A DNA stretch of 64,000 nt from an uncultured bacterium (GCA_942492765.1 OW818634.1:665159-729158); one strand, 5' to 3'; positions 55,107-64,000 are shown, counted from the first letter of the stretch. Translations and numbers: made by a program. The notes: generated from the letters alone by a model not told the origin.

Positions 55107-58100
55107 GTGAATAAAAAAGCAGCAAAAAATTTATTAGCCTTTTTCCTCTTAAGCATCGGCTTAGTGGCGGCTAATTTCGCTTTGGCCCAGAATCTCGGCA
55201 CTAACGAAGTCAGCACCGGCTTAGCCGGTTCTCTAAGCTCAACTGATCCGCGCACTATCATCGGTCGGATAATCAATATTGCTTTGGGTTTCTTGGGCGT
55301 GATCGCTGTCGGCCTGACCATTTACGCCGGTTTCTTATGGATGACTTCGGGCGGAGATGAGGAAAAAGTCACGACCGCCAAGAAAGTCTTGCGTAATAGC
55401 CTCATCGGCTTAGCCATAATCTTGTCATCTTGGGCGATAGCGACTTTCATAATTTCCCGTTTGAGCGGCGCTGTCAACGGAACTAACGGCGGCTGTCTCG
55501 ACGGCGAAAGCATGTCTTGCGGTTGCGGCGGCGCCATGGTCTGCAACGGCGGATCTTACGGATCTTGCGTCGGCTCCGATTGTAGCGGCGGCACAGGCAA
55601 TGCTCCGACTAGCTGCGATTCCAGCACTCTTCCTGGCTGTCAGGCGGCGGCGCAGATCTGCGCCTCGACCGACTATTGCGATGCCGACGATTGCGGCTGT
55701 AAGCCGAAAGGCAACTTAGGCGATCCTTGTGATAGTGATCTGACTAACGGCTCTTGCGATGCCGATAATAATCGTTGCTCTGAATATTTGACTTGCAATG
55801 CCTCTTCCTGTACTTGCTACGGCCCTCCGGTGATCACCGCGGTCAGCCCGGTCGGCGGTTTCTGCGATAGTAATCTGAATCAGACCTGCGCGACCGATGC
55901 CGATTGCGCCACCACTTGCAACCTGACGGCGCCTAACGGTGCGGCGGGGAATTTCATCACTATCATCGGCAAGAATTTCGGGGCTTATTCCGCAACTTCT
56001 AGCCGGGTAATCTTCGATGGCAATGGCAATCCGCGCGACGGCCAGCGCCCGGTAGAACTTAATTCCGCTTGCGTTGATACTTGGCGCGATAACGAGATCG
56101 TCATCGCTGTTCCTGGCGGTGTCTCTACCGGAGCCATCAAGATCATTAATGCCGATAATCTTGAAGACACGACCAATAATTCTTACGGTCCGGCTATTCC
56201 AGATTTTCAAGCGAATAATATAGTGCGCCCCGGACTGTGTTACCTGAATCCTGATAGGGGAGCTTTAAGTTCACAGATTGGTTATCAAGGAATCAACTTA
56301 TATTCCGGTAGCGCTTATTTTGGAAATTATCAGAGTAATGTTCGAGCCCTGAGTTCTGTTTTTAATAATGCCGCCGGTTTGACCGGAACTTCCACGACTC
56401 CGAACATCAGATCGGGAGAGTCTGGCAGCTTTGTCCAGAATAATATCAACGGCCACCAGGAGAAGAGTAATTTTTTGAGCTTCACTAAAGTTTCTGAGCC
56501 GGGCGAAGGTCCTTTCATCTCTTCATTCTCTCCGACTGAGGGTAATGCCGGCCAATATGTAACGATCAGGGGTAATGGCTTCGGCGGCGCGCGCGGCGCT
56601 TCCCAGGTCTTCTTTGGCAACGCTGAAGCGGCCTATGATTTTCCAGATATGTGTCTTAATTCCGTCTGGAAGGATAATCAGATCATCGTCAAGGTTCCGG
56701 CCGGATTAGCTGATGGCTATCAGGTCATCAAAGTGGTCAAAGGCACGACGACGCTTGATACGCAGAAGCTCAACCCCAATACTTTCCATTCCGATAAGAA
56801 TCTAGACCTGTCTACCAGTATCTGCAAGATCGATCCGGAATTCGGACCGATTGCGACTCCGGTCACTCTTTGGGGAGAATATTTCGGCGCGCTTAACAGC
56901 GAAGGCTTGATTCATTTTAATTATCAGAAGGCAGCTACTGGCACTATCGCGAGAGACGGCCGCGCCGATACTATCAAGACCGCCGTTCCTAGCGGCACTA
57001 TCACCGGTCCGGTCCGAGTCATCAAGAAGAGCCAATGGGGTAATGAATGGAATTTCGCTATCGGTGAATGCGCCGCTGATTCCGATTGCGGCACTCAGGT
57101 ATGTTGCCCGCAGAATACTTATAAGAAGGGGCGTTGCGTTAATACGCTTGCGGATTGTTTCATAAATATACCGACCTCAGTCTTCGAGTGGAGTTTCAGT
57201 ACCGGCTTTGGCACCTCGACCCCGAATCCTTACGCCTATAGCTGTTCTGGCTTAGCCTCGTATTTTGGTTCTTGCCAGACAGGCTCGACTTGTCCTAATG
57301 TCCCTGGCACTTGTTCCCCTTATGCCGGCGGCGGCACCAGGACTGTCGGCGCTTGCGATTATACTTGCGCGACGGTAGCCGGTTGCGGCGAATTAGGTTC
57401 TAATAATTGCACTTATGACGCTGCAGCGGACAAATGCCTGAAGAATGGAACCAGCTCGACCTGCGATCTCGGCTCTACTCTAACTCTCGACGGAAAAGAT
57501 TATTCCGCGACTTGTAATAAAGATAAGCACTGGGAGATAACTACGCCGTCATCCTGCCCGATCGGGCAGTCCGGGGACAATTGGACCAGAGCGAGCGGAA
57601 ATCGCTGTGTCAATCTGAGCTCTGCTTGCTCCGTCTGTTCTTCTGATTTCACCTGCGAAGATATTTCTGGAACCGGCCGCTGCGTTTCTAAGAAGATTTG
57701 TCCGAGCGGCGCGACCTGTTCTGATAATCCGAATATCGGCGAAGCTGATAGATGCGTCGTCCCTGACCAGCCGACTTGCGACTGCTGCTGTACTATCGGT
57801 CAGGATGCGCGCGATTGCTGCGCTCCTTTGACCTGCCAGGGAACTTGTGGTTCTGATACTGGCAAGACTAGCGGCGTTACTTTGGGAAGCTGCGGCGGCT
57901 GTGCCGCTGTCGGCACTACGGCTGCCGAACATGATGCGGCCTGTAATTGCAGCGGCCATGAAGGTCAATTCTGCAGCACTGATAATCCGGCTTTCCCCAA
58001 TGGCGTCTGCACGGATTGCTCGAATCTGAGCGCTTCTGATTGTACTGACCATAGCAATGCCTGCTGCTTGGATTCCAAGAAGACGGCGCCGACGACTGAT

Positions 58101-60932
58101 GATATTTGTCGCGGCGGCAGCGGTTTGCTGATTTCCTCGACTCCAGGAAACGCTAATTACGGCTATTGCGCTTACTATGATTGCTCAGCCTCCGATCCTA
58201 ATCAATGCGCTTCTTCTACTCCGGTCAAGATCGGAAACTATCCGAGCCTAGGCGCTTGTGCTAGCGATTGCGCTAATTCCAATCCTTGTACCGGTCTTGA
58301 TTTTTCTGCTTGCCAGGCGAATTCTCGCTGTTGTTTCGATTCTAAGAATACTCCAGCCGCCAGTGATGATGCTTGCGCTTTAGGCACCCCGATTTCCAGC
58401 GGAGCTGATACCGGATATTGCGCTTATTATAATTGCGAGACAGCCCCATCTACTAGCAGCAATGTCTGCGCCAGTACGACGCCGTTGCGGTTAGGCACTT
58501 TCAATAATCTTGCTTCTTGCGATAAGACTTGCGCCAACCCTCCGGTCGGCCCCGGCCTCTATTGCGCCGGCCAGGCGACCTCGACTTGCTCGACCAGCGC
58601 CTGCACCTTCGAAGGCTTCGGCTGTTTCTCGCCGAGCGGGCTCTTGGGTTCTCAGGATGTGGATTGTGGCACCTGCTGCTGCCAGCCGGTCGGAGTAAAC
58701 GGCAATACGACTGATTCCTGCGCGGCTATGAATCCTAAGCTGCAGTGCTTAGCTGATAAAGGCAATTGTTCCGGCGCGAGCCGAGGTTTGTGCTGCGGCT
58801 GTTCTAATGATAATGAATGCGGCTCGCCATCTACAGTCGGCTGCGGCATCGATACTTGTTGCGAGGCGCGCCCGACGATAACTAGCACCGCGCCCGCGCA
58901 TATGCAGGAAGATGTCTGCCGTAACGCCGTCATCCAGATTAATTTTAATCAGCCGATGGATACTAGCAGCTTAGCCAATAACATTATGCTGCTGGAAGAG
59001 CGCGCTTATGGAAACGGCGTCTGCCCGGCTGGAACTTTCATAGCGGAAGCTGATTCTATTTCCAGTCTCCTGGCCCACAAGAACCAGGGTCTCTTAGCTC
59101 GCTTGATCAGCAGTATTGGCAATAGCTGGAAGATGATAACGAAACATTTTTCCAATCAAGCTTTAGCCGATACCCCCAATCAGAATAATCTTTATTGCGC
59201 CATACCAGGAACGGTCGCGGGCGAAATAAATGGAGAAACGAGCGCAATATCTTTTGCTCCTAAGAAATTATTAGCCGCCGCCTCTAATTATTATTTGATA
59301 GTTTTGGGCGATGCTAATCTTAACAGTCAATCCGGCGTGCTTAGCGCCGCTGGCATCGGCTTTAACGGTTCCGGTTATTTCAATCGCGATATCAGCGCTT
59401 TCATAACCGGTGGCAGCATCAGATTCAATAATAAGAGTTACCCTAATTCCCAGATAATCAAGTTTTCTACCTTGTCCGATCAGGGGCCGATGGCTGGAAT
59501 ATGCGCTATCGATTATGTTAAAACTTCGCCTTCTTCCTATCTATTCAATACTACCGACAATGGCTTGAATGAGAAAGACGCGGATGCTAGCGATAAGACT
59601 TTCGACACGGTAGTCGATAAGGATAAAGTATTTACAGCTCAAGCTTATAGCATTGGCAGCCAGCCGATCCAGCCGACGACCGGATATTTCTGGACCTGGA
59701 ATTTTCAAGTCAATAATCCGGCGGTAGCCACTGTCATGCCAGTTGCCGGTTTGGCGAACAACAAGGTTTTCCTTTCTGCGGTGAACGGAGTGACTGACGC
59801 TGAGACGCAGGTTAAGGTGGCCGTCAATATGAGCAACTTCACGGCTAGCTCGTGCAATGGCGGCAACTGTTCTTGTGCTGATGAGACCTGTTCTAATAAT
59901 TGCTGCAATGCTTATTCCGGTGGTGATGGCTACAATAGTTCAGCTGATATATATGTCTTCTCTTGCAGTAATCCGTGGCCGCCGGTCGCCAACAACGGCC
60001 TGTGGTCTCCTTGGGCCGATAATTGTACTAATTCCATCGGCGGCGCTTGCGCTAACTATAATTATAAATTTTACTATTGTCGCGACGCTGGTGTTTCCGG
60101 AACTTTGGATGACTTGCCAGCCATAATCAATCGCGCTGTCATCCGCGGTCAGAGCTCTGGCGCCGGCAATTTCGTCTGTAGTGCCGATCGCAGTGTTTGT
60201 TCATCCGGCCAGACTCTCTGCGGGGCCGATAAGAATGGAGATGGATCTCCTGACGGCTTATGCATCTGGAACGTCTTAAAAGAATCATATTTTTTCCGTG
60301 AGGCTGCTACTTCCGGCGGAACAATCACTAGCGCGACCGATCTTCAGACCGGCGGCGCCGTCACGATCGCCTGGACATCCGCCGTCAGCCAGGTCGGCTC
60401 TTACAAGGTTTACTACCTCAAGTCCAATAAGGGCACGATGCTTGAAAAAGTGATTCCGCTCAGTTCCTGTTCTCTGGTCTCTTATCAATCCGATCATGTC
60501 GGCGATATTTATAGCTGCAATGCGACAATCACTGGCCTGACCAACGACGCCCCTTACGTCTTCAAGGTCAGCGTGATTTCTGACAATAAGGTCGAGAGCC
60601 CGTTATCTTCAGAGAAGAATGTAACGCCGACTGACAAGACGCCTCCAGCGACTCCGGCAAGCTTAAGAGCTGTTATTTCTACTACCACAACCGCTTTCAG
60701 TTGGGCTACTTCTTCTGATGCCGCCCTTTATCGCCTTTATCATGGCATTAAGCCCGGCGCTTACGGAGAATCTTTCGATTCTGCTAGCGGCGCGGCGAAT
60801 CTATCTTTCGATGCCGGCCAATTTCAATTGAATAGCGATTATTTTGCGGTGACCGCGCTCGATCAATATAAGAATGAGAGTCCTAAATCAAGAGAATTGT
60901 TCTGCGCCAACGGCCAGTGCCGGCTGCAATAG
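55107..60932 (+). CDS. Giant surface protein 2 (1941 aa): T4SS-pilin-like N-terminal module, three IPT/TIG-like domains, ~600-aa Cys-rich region, Ig-like and C-terminal FN3-like domains
   Basis: GTG start 11 nt after protein 1. 'ALGFLGVIAVGLTIYAGFLWMTSGGDEEKVTTAKKVLRNSLIGLAIILSSWAIATFI'. IPT-like 'PVITAVSPVGG...ITIIGKNFG', 'PFISSFSPTEGNAGQYVTIRGNGFG', 'IDPEFGPIATPVTLWGEYFG'. Big_5-like 'ITSTAPAHMQEDVCRNAVIQINF'. FN3-like 'TPPATPASLRAV'. Confidence 0.85.
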   Translation: MNKKAAKNLLAFFLLSIGLVAANFALAQNLGTNEVSTGLAGSLSSTDPRTIIGRIINIALGFLGVIAVGLTIYAGFLWMTSGGDEEKVTTAKKVLRNSLIGLAIILSSWAIATFIISRLSGAVNGTNGGCLDGESMSCGCGGAMVCNGGSYGSCVGSDCSGGTGNAPTSCDSSTLPGCQAAAQICASTDYCDADDCGCKPKGNLGDPCDSDLTNGSCDADNNRCSEYLTCNASSCTCYGPPVITAVSPVGGFCDSNLNQTCATDADCATTCNLTAPNGAAGNFITIIGKNFGAYSATSSRVIFDGNGNPRDGQRPVELNSACVDTWRDNEIVIAVPGGVSTGAIKIINADNLEDTTNNSYGPAIPDFQANNIVRPGLCYLNPDRGALSSQIGYQGINLYSGSAYFGNYQSNVRALSSVFNNAAGLTGTSTTPNIRSGESGSFVQNNINGHQEKSNFLSFTKVSEPGEGPFISSFSPTEGNAGQYVTIRGNGFGGARGASQVFFGNAEAAYDFPDMCLNSVWKDNQIIVKVPAGLADGYQVIKVVKGTTTLDTQKLNPNTFHSDKNLDLSTSICKIDPEFGPIATPVTLWGEYFGALNSEGLIHFNYQKAATGTIARDGRADTIKTAVPSGTITGPVRVIKKSQWGNEWNFAIGECAADSDCGTQVCCPQNTYKKGRCVNTLADCFINIPTSVFEWSFSTGFGTSTPNPYAYSCSGLASYFGSCQTGSTCPNVPGTCSPYAGGGTRTVGACDYTCATVAGCGELGSNNCTYDAAADKCLKNGTSSTCDLGSTLTLDGKDYSATCNKDKHWEITTPSSCPIGQSGDNWTRASGNRCVNLSSACSVCSSDFTCEDISGTGRCVSKKICPSGATCSDNPNIGEADRCVVPDQPTCDCCCTIGQDARDCCAPLTCQGTCGSDTGKTSGVTLGSCGGCAAVGTTAAEHDAACNCSGHEGQFCSTDNPAFPNGVCTDCSNLSASDCTDHSNACCLDSKKTAPTTDDICRGGSGLLISSTPGNANYGYCAYYDCSASDPNQCASSTPVKIGNYPSLGACASDCANSNPCTGLDFSACQANSRCCFDSKNTPAASDDACALGTPISSGADTGYCAYYNCETAPSTSSNVCASTTPLRLGTFNNLASCDKTCANPPVGPGLYCAGQATSTCSTSACTFEGFGCFSPSGLLGSQDVDCGTCCCQPVGVNGNTTDSCAAMNPKLQCLADKGNCSGASRGLCCGCSNDNECGSPSTVGCGIDTCCEARPTITSTAPAHMQEDVCRNAVIQINFNQPMDTSSLANNIMLLEERAYGNGVCPAGTFIAEADSISSLLAHKNQGLLARLISSIGNSWKMITKHFSNQALADTPNQNNLYCAIPGTVAGEINGETSAISFAPKKLLAAASNYYLIVLGDANLNSQSGVLSAAGIGFNGSGYFNRDISAFITGGSIRFNNKSYPNSQIIKFSTLSDQGPMAGICAIDYVKTSPSSYLFNTTDNGLNEKDADASDKTFDTVVDKDKVFTAQAYSIGSQPIQPTTGYFWTWNFQVNNPAVATVMPVAGLANNKVFLSAVNGVTDAETQVKVAVNMSNFTASSCNGGNCSCADETCSNNCCNAYSGGDGYNSSADIYVFSCSNPWPPVANNGLWSPWADNCTNSIGGACANYNYKFYYCRDAGVSGTLDDLPAIINRAVIRGQSSGAGNFVCSADRSVCSSGQTLCGADKNGDGSPDGLCIWNVLKESYFFREAATSGGTITSATDLQTGGAVTIAWTSAVSQVGSYKVYYLKSNKGTMLEKVIPLSSCSLVSYQSDHVGDIYSCNATITGLTNDAPYVFKVSVISDNKVESPLSSEKNVTPTDKTPPATPASLRAVISTTTTAFSWATSSDAALYRLYHGIKPGAYGESFDSASGAANLSFDAGQFQLNSDYFAVTALDQYKNESPKSRELFCANGQCRLQ
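58056..58538 (+). repeat. Tandem ~75-80-aa Cys-rich repeat inside giant protein 2
   Basis: 'NACCLDSKKTAPTTDDICRGG...GYCAYYDCSASDPNQCASSTPVKIGNYPSLGACASDCAN' versus 'SRCCFDSKNTPAASDDACALG...GYCAYYNCETAPSTSSNVCASTTPLRLGTFNNLASCDKTCAN'. Confidence 0.75.
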
Positions 60933-60982
60933 CTGATTAGAAGCGGCGGCCCTTCATCTCGAAGCTTATTAGTTTTTAATAT

Positions 60983-63900
60983 ATGAAAAAAAAATATAAA
61001 TTATTGCTTCTGGGAGTAGCGATCGTTATCGTCTTGTCTTCGGCGGCCATTAAACGCTCTCAAGCGCAGACAGCAGTTCCTTCGACTGACGGATCAGATG
61101 CTATCGCAGTGCGCATTATTCCTAATCCTAACCATTACAGCATCGTTCGCTGGTATGAGAGCCAGGGCTTCACTGGCGCGCCGCAAGCGCTGACTGTCGA
61201 TGGCTATGAAGCAATTAGAGACGGTCGGACCGTTTATGTCAATGCCGCTAATATCGATTCTGCTTCGCGGACAATTTATACCAATATTTACCTGATATCC
61301 TATAATCAGGATTCGACCTCGAAGACTGTCGACATCTTGGGCCAGATAGTCTCGCATTGGAAATTCAATAATAATATCATAGAGAGCGCCAATCCGGTTC
61401 CAGATTGTGCTATTTCCGCTATATCCTGTAGTTTAGACACGGATTGCGGCCAGGACCAGTATTGCGCCACTTCTTCGGCCGGAGTCGCTTCCAGTTCCTG
61501 CTTATTAAAGAAAGCTAAGAATTGTTTGGTGGATACTGACTGTCCGAACAGTTTTTTCTGCAATAGCGTCAAATCCAGGATCACTCGCGATATCAAGAGA
61601 GTCGGGCAATTAGAAGAGCTGAAGGAGGCTTTATATAATTTCAAGAAACGTAATAATTATTATCCTCGCCTGTCTTCGGGAACATATTTAGCTAACAACA
61701 GCCTATCAGTCTGGCCGAGCTGGACTCAATCTTTCTTGTCTGAAGTAGCGGTTAGCCAGAGCTTCGTTGATCCGATTAACCGCCTCGGCTCCTGTCTTGG
61801 CTTTGATGTGAAGACTTGCTGGAATGCGGATCTGAAGAAATTCGTTTATAATCCTGCTGGCGGAACGCTAACTCTGCCAGCTGGAAGCTACGCTTTCGCT
61901 TATTCCACGGATGATAATGGTTCTAGTTATAATCTATGCGGCGTGATAGAAAGTCGCGCGGCTAATTTAGGATATCATTTTTCGCCCAATGATCCGGCCA
62001 GCTCGGCTTGCGTGACTGCCACTGGGATAATCGCTGGCGGACATGCCCAGAATACCGGGCCTAGATTGGTTGACCAATTCTTGGTCGGTCAGGCTAATCG
62101 CGAATTCAGCGGCTTCTTGAAGGTTATTGATGCGGAAGACAATCCTTTAGTCTGGTCTATCAGCGGCCCCTCTTGGGTCAGTTTGAAAGATACGAGCGAT
62201 CCGACGCAGAAGAAAGTTTATGCAGCTAGCGCCGCTACGCCGGGAACATATAATCTTACTCTGACCGTTTCTGACGGTTTGGGTGGAACTCTCTCGACTA
62301 CGACTCAGATAACGATCTTGGCTGACGCGCCGCGTATTGAAGCGGCTGACGCTGAATATGTCTTAGATCCGAAAGTGCCGTTCAATTATAATTTTATTTT
62401 TTCTAGCAAGAATCTGAATAATCCGGCGACTGCTTATTCCGTCGCTAGAACTTCCGGATTGCCGGACGTCTTGAACGGTCTCGGCTTAGTCAAGACTTTT
62501 TCTACTCTATTGAATAATAGCTATAAGGTCGTCTATGACGGCATCATTCCGACTATCAATAAATTCTATCAAGACACCAACGTCAATTACCGCATCAACC
62601 TAACGGATAAGAACGGCCTCGTCTTTCCTAAGACTTTCAATATCAAGATCATCGTGCAGCAGCCGCAATTGAATTTTGACTGTTTGGCCCAAGCGCGCAT
62701 CAATAACGACTATTCCTGCCTATTGGGTTCTAAGACTCAAGGGAATCACACCTTGTCATATGGAGCTCGCGATCTGCCGCCGGGATTAGCTTTGACCGGC
62801 ACTGGCGACGCCCTTATCTCTGGACGTCCGACCACGCTTTCTTCCAGTTATCCGATAGAGATCAAGACTACTAATGAATATGGAGCCTCTACCTCCAAGA
62901 CCTTTGTTTTGAAGATCAATAATTATTGCGGCGACGGTGCGAAGCAAGCGCCCAATACCGAAGGCCGCGGCGGCATCCATAATGACGGTTACGAAGACTG
63001 TGACGGCACGGTCGGAGTTACTTCTAGCATATCGACTAGCAGCGCAATACAGTATGGCTGCCGGACCGGAGTCGGTTCGACTATCCCTAATCCTATCCTG
63101 ACTAACACTTATTGCGTCTTCAAGTCCCCGACAGACGGCGGCGGTTATTGTGGCGACGGCTATTGCCAATCCGGCATATTGCCGACTGGTCCGGAATCAG
63201 CTTGCAATTGCACGAGTGATTGCGGCGAACCTGTAGGCGATCAATGCGTCTGTAAATTTACCTATACGGCTTGGAGTAGCTGCCAGAGCGATCATTTCCA
63301 GACTAGGACCTTGCTGACAACTTTGCCGGGAGGCTGCACCGGAACTCCGGTTACGAGCCAGACCTGCGCCTCCTGCGTTTATACTTATTCTGCCTGGGGA
63401 GCCTGTCAGAGCGATCATAATCAGACCAGAACCATCACGAGCACTTCTCCGAGCGTCTGCTACGGCACTCCGGTTACGAGCCAGACTTGCGTCTGTAATA
63501 ATAATGGAATTTGCGATGTCAACGAAAATAATGCTTCTTGCGCGGCTGACTGCCACCCTGTCGTCGTAGGCTTCTGTGGAGACGCCGTCTGCAACGGTTC
63601 TGAGACTTACGGCTCTTGCCCCTCGGATTGCGAAGATCCCTGTGTCGCTAACGCTACGAGATTGGCCTGCCTGCGAGTTGGTTGCTTCTGGGACGGAGTG
63701 TCTTGTGCTGATACTTGCACGCCTAACTGTTCCGGCGTGCCCGCTGGCGGAGACAACGGTTGCGGCGATATGTGCGACCCTATGCCCACTACTTGCGGGG
63801 ACTCTCTCTGCGAAGCCGGTGAAACTTGTACTAATTGCCGCCAAGATTGTTTGCAACAATGTCCGGCCGTATGCGGCGACGGCATCTGCGATACTGGCCT

Positions 63901-64000
63901 TGGCGAGACAGCCACCACTTGTTCAGCGGATTGTCATGTCGTGTCACCTTCTACTTATTGCGGCGACGGCTACTGTAACGGCAGCGAGACTTGTTATAAT
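60983..64000 (+). CDS. Giant secreted Cys-rich protein 3 (at least 1006 aa, 3' end beyond window); absent from supplied ORF track
   Basis: ATG at 60983. I hand-translated the frame from 60983 to 64000 without meeting a stop and re-verified codon phase at about 10 coordinate blocks. Signal/TM 'MKKKYKLLLLGVAIVIVLSSAAI'. Putative-Ig (He_PIG-like) 'DNPLVWSISGP...GTYNLTLTVSDG' and 'LPPGLALTGTGDALISGRPT'. Repeated 'CGDGxC...E(T)C..C..DC' modules. Confidence 0.85.
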   Translation, partial: MKKKYKLLLLGVAIVIVLSSAAIKRSQAQTAVPSTDGSDAIAVRIIPNPNHYSIVRWYESQGFTGAPQALTVDGYEAIRDGRTVYVNAANIDSASRTIYTNIYLISYNQDSTSKTVDILGQIVSHWKFNNNIIESANPVPDCAISAISCSLDTDCGQDQYCATSSAGVASSSCLLKKAKNCLVDTDCPNSFFCNSVKSRITRDIKRVGQLEELKEALYNFKKRNNYYPRLSSGTYLANNSLSVWPSWTQSFLSEVAVSQSFVDPINRLGSCLGFDVKTCWNADLKKFVYNPAGGTLTLPAGSYAFAYSTDDNGSSYNLCGVIESRAANLGYHFSPNDPASSACVTATGIIAGGHAQNTGPRLVDQFLVGQANREFSGFLKVIDAEDNPLVWSISGPSWVSLKDTSDPTQKKVYAASAATPGTYNLTLTVSDGLGGTLSTTTQITILADAPRIEAADAEYVLDPKVPFNYNFIFSSKNLNNPATAYSVARTSGLPDVLNGLGLVKTFSTLLNNSYKVVYDGIIPTINKFYQDTNVNYRINLTDKNGLVFPKTFNIKIIVQQPQLNFDCLAQARINNDYSCLLGSKTQGNHTLSYGARDLPPGLALTGTGDALISGRPTTLSSSYPIEIKTTNEYGASTSKTFVLKINNYCGDGAKQAPNTEGRGGIHNDGYEDCDGTVGVTSSISTSSAIQYGCRTGVGSTIPNPILTNTYCVFKSPTDGGGYCGDGYCQSGILPTGPESACNCTSDCGEPVGDQCVCKFTYTAWSSCQSDHFQTRTLLTTLPGGCTGTPVTSQTCASCVYTYSAWGACQSDHNQTRTITSTSPSVCYGTPVTSQTCVCNNNGICDVNENNASCAADCHPVVVGFCGDAVCNGSETYGSCPSDCEDPCVANATRLACLRVGCFWDGVSCADTCTPNCSGVPAGGDNGCGDMCDPMPTTCGDSLCEAGETCTNCRQDCLQQCPAVCGDGICDTGLGETATTCSADCHVVSPSTYCGDGYCNGSETCYN
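63254..63490 (+). repeat. Two tandem ~38-aa W-x-x-C...Q-T-R...C repeats (thrombospondin-type-1-like pattern) in protein 3
   Basis: 'KFTYTAWSSCQSDHFQTRTLLTTLPGGCTGTPVTSQTC' / 'VYTYSAWGACQSDHNQTRTITSTSPSVCYGTPVTSQTC'. The DNA shares an exact 'ACTCCGGTTACGAGCCAGAC' in both copies. Confidence 0.75.

Overview
This 64-kb window looks like part of a small, streamlined bacterial chromosome. All assignments rest on reading the translations and the DNA by eye; no searches or computations were run.

Likely organism: gene content and protein style suggest a Patescibacteria/CPR-type organism. The evidence is compact housekeeping genes, a standalone ComEC-type MBL domain, VirB2/T4SS-pilin-like membrane modules and giant Cys-rich surface proteins. 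This placement is an inference. The standard genetic code is in use, because TGA terminates ruvB and queA.

Core genes recognised by motifs: ychF, uvrA, tyrS-argS-glyQS, ndk, gyrA, mscL, rmuC, radC, an M16 peptidase, a UvrD-type helicase-nuclease, ruvB, queA, lepB, hisS, rpsU, rel, tRNA-Cys(GCA) and tRNA-Glu(UUC).

Four regions stand out:
1. An AT-rich island of about 6-7 kb starts directly after tRNA-Glu (about 4.69-11.4 kb).
   - It carries a large serine recombinase whose reading frame ends inside the tRNA.
   - It carries an HUH rolling-circle Rep next to a hairpin whose loop reads AACTTGA, which resembles the phiX174/pC194 nick site, and an ~80-nt palindrome.
   - Its cargo includes a Cys-rich secreted protein and a PIN-like::sigma-70 region 4 fusion protein.
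   - It also has an orphan ~280-nt transcription unit with a near-consensus promoter, an intrinsic terminator and no long ORF.
2. A single 1003-aa polypeptide contains two complete PilB/GspE secretion ATPase units in tandem.
3. A co-oriented cluster of three giant secreted proteins spans 52.4-64.0 kb.
   - The first two (898 and 1941 aa) begin with paralogous T4SS-pilin-like two-TM modules.
   - The third (at least 1006 aa) is missing from the supplied ORF track because it runs off the window end.
4. Several smaller items were noted:
   - three DnaA-box-like 9-mers within 54 bp of an AT-rich 0.5-kb spacer;
   - a UvrA without the UvrB-binding domain;
   - an unlisted 45-aa Lys/Ala/Val-rich protein with its own promoter and Shine-Dalgarno;
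   - a patatin + HKD phospholipase gene pair.
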